From an uncultured Pelagibacteraceae bacterium (GTDB lineage: Bacteria > Pseudomonadota > Alphaproteobacteria > Pelagibacterales > AG-422-B15), in the NCBI GenBank assembly GCA_902546615.1, contig CACCKE010000004.1:9646-73645 (forward strand): 64,000 nucleotides of DNA, written 5' to 3'. The notes beneath the pieces were generated by a model. That model saw nothing but the letters and a program-made list of their open reading frames with translations, was not told where the DNA came from and ran no database searches. The translations under genes were made by a program, and so were the position numbers. Each line of letters opens with the position of its first letter. Position 1 is the first letter of the stretch. This document shows positions 62,287-64,000 of the stretch, piece by piece.

Positions 62287-63261
62287 ATGACCAATTTCAA
62301 GAATTTGAGAGCGTGGTGCCTAACAGATGGATCAGCAGGAATGATCAGTCAGGTCAAAGGCCTTGCAGATGCTCTTAATTTAAATTTTGAGCAAAAGACA
62401 ATAGATTTAAAATTTCCTTGGAATAAGCTTCCAGTGGGAATATTGCCACCATCTAAAATTATATTTAATAATTACAGACAAATAAGCTTAGAAAGTAATA
62501 TTCCTCCAGATATTATCATATCATGTGGCAAGAGGTCTATTTATGCATCTTTACATCTCAAAAAATCATTAAAAAATAAAGTCTTTTCAATCCACATACA
62601 AAATCCAAAAATCAACCCAGCTCATTTTGATTTGGTTGTCGCTCCAGCACATGATGATTTAAAAGGTAAAAATGTGCTTCAAACTGATTTGGCACTTAAT
62701 CATATAAACAATAGGCTACTAAGCAAAGAGGCTGAGCTTTACACAGCTCAATTCTCAAAAATAGAAAAACCTATTTGTGCAATTTTCTTAGGAGGTCAAA
62801 ACAGAAACTATCGCTTCGATATATCTGTTATTAAGGTATTAGCTGATCAAATTGATAAAATTATTAAAAATAATGACATTCAGATATACATTTTATTCTC
62901 AAGAAGAACTGATCAATTTATTATTGAATACCTGAAAGAACGCTTTTTGAATCAGAATATTATTTGGAACGGCAAAGGTAATCCTTATTTGGCATTAATG
63001 AAGTTTTCTAAATATCTTATTTGTACATCTGACTCTGTTTCAATAATTTCAGAATCTATATCTTCAACTAAACCAGTATATATTTTTAAACTTCCAAGCT
63101 TAAAAAAAAATAACAGAATAGAAAAATTTATTACGATGCTATTACAAAAAAATTACGCAAGGCTTTTGGGAGAAAAACTCGAAGACTTTACAAATTCATA
63201 TCAAAATGAGACCTTCCAAGTAGCCAGAACGATTGAAGAAAGGTATAATAAAAAAGCATGA
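62287..63261 (+). CDS. Mitochondrial fission ELM1 family protein
   Basis: TDG.AG..SQ..GLA, IHIQNP, FDLVVAP.HD, SRRT, NPY, T.DS.S. Confidence 0.88.
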   Translation: MTNFKNLRAWCLTDGSAGMISQVKGLADALNLNFEQKTIDLKFPWNKLPVGILPPSKIIFNNYRQISLESNIPPDIIISCGKRSIYASLHLKKSLKNKVFSIHIQNPKINPAHFDLVVAPAHDDLKGKNVLQTDLALNHINNRLLSKEAELYTAQFSKIEKPICAIFLGGQNRNYRFDISVIKVLADQIDKIIKNNDIQIYILFSRRTDQFIIEYLKERFLNQNIIWNGKGNPYLALMKFSKYLICTSDSVSIISESISSTKPVYIFKLPSLKKNNRIEKFITMLLQKNYARLLGEKLEDFTNSYQNETFQVARTIEERYNKKA

Positions 63262-63884
63262 CATTAATCAATGCTTTGAAAAACAATTTATTACATTCCA
63301 ATGTACCTTTTAATCATTGGATAATTAATAATCCTCTTTCAGAAAAAGCAATAGACGAAATTTATTCTATTAATTTTCCAGAAGGTAAAGTTATTTTCGA
63401 TGGTACAAGAGCAGGAGATAAAACAGGGGATAACTTGCTTAGTAAGTTAAGAATATTTATCAATAAAGATAATGCAGAGGAATATTCTGAATTATCTGGA
63501 CTAATAAAAGAAATGCAATCAAAAGAATGTACTGACTTCATTTCTAAGCTAATCAATAGAGATCTAAAAAATTCTTATGTTAGATTAGAAGTCATTGCCG
63601 ATCGAGATGGATTTTGGCTTGAACCTCACTGTGATATCAAGGAAAAATTGATGTCATCAATTTTGTTTGTAAATAGATACGGAGAAAATGAAAATTTAGG
63701 AACTGATTTTTATACTCCGGATTTGAAAGTTGCTAAAACTCTACCTTATAAAAATAATACTGGGTATATTTTTACTTCAGAAAAAAATTCATGGCACGGA
63801 CTTGAAAAGAAAAAAATTAAAAAAGAAAGACGCTGCTTACAATTAAATTATGTTACTTTTGAAACAGAGTGGCCAATAGACTGA
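63258..63884 (+). CDS. 2OG-Fe(II) oxygenase family protein
   Basis: WLEPHCD (HxD), GTD, SWHG, RR.LQLNYV. Confidence 0.8.
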   Translation: MTLINALKNNLLHSNVPFNHWIINNPLSEKAIDEIYSINFPEGKVIFDGTRAGDKTGDNLLSKLRIFINKDNAEEYSELSGLIKEMQSKECTDFISKLINRDLKNSYVRLEVIADRDGFWLEPHCDIKEKLMSSILFVNRYGENENLGTDFYTPDLKVAKTLPYKNNTGYIFTSEKNSWHGLEKKKIKKERRCLQLNYVTFETEWPID

Positions 63885-64000
63885 TGGTAAAAAAAGAAAT
63901 TGATAGTATTGATCTAAAAATACTTCGAATACTTCAAGATGAAGGAAGAATTTCAAATCTAGATCTATCTAAGAAAATTGAAATGTCTCCACCGCCTACA
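63884..64000 (+). CDS. Lrp/AsnC family transcriptional regulator, N-terminal part; runs off window edge
   Basis: My translation MVKKEIDSIDLKILRILQDEGRISNLDLSKKIEMSPPPT, AsnC HTH pattern; ATG overlaps upstream TGA. Confidence 0.85.
   Translation, partial: MVKKEIDSIDLKILRILQDEGRISNLDLSKKIEMSPPPT

Overview
Very AT-rich, densely packed chromosomal core region of a genome-streamlined alphaproteobacterium. The gene order, CcrM, aa3 oxidase and bc1 complex are alphaproteobacterial; a SAR11/HIMB59-like marine lineage is my inference. About 75 CDS and one tRNA-Gln(TTG). Content includes the aa3 cytochrome c oxidase operon, the ATP synthase F0 operon, smc-dsbA-dciA-mutY-ccrM-rnhB-udg, ETF-QO/TPR/ispE, petABC, purine salvage, ychF-pth-rplY-prs, lgt, proC, an EnvZ/OmpR/MarR set, uvrB/uvrC, aspC and trxB. 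I found no mobile elements, CRISPR arrays, rRNA or defence island. Most notable points: (1) an 863-aa SMC with intact ATPase heads but no recognisable hinge domain; (2) a gamma-CA / GMC oxidoreductase / membrane-anchored Ntn acylase / acyl-CoA ligase operon suggesting N-acyl-amide scavenging; (3) a RegA/PrrA-like motif shared by the cox and pet promoters; (4) three GANTC sites in the 69-bp ccrM upstream region; (5) two small ORFs missed by the ORF track (CoxF-like and a possible miniature UbiK); (6) a perfect DnaA box upstream of a purine permease. All functional calls come from motif and synteny recognition by eye; no database searches were run.
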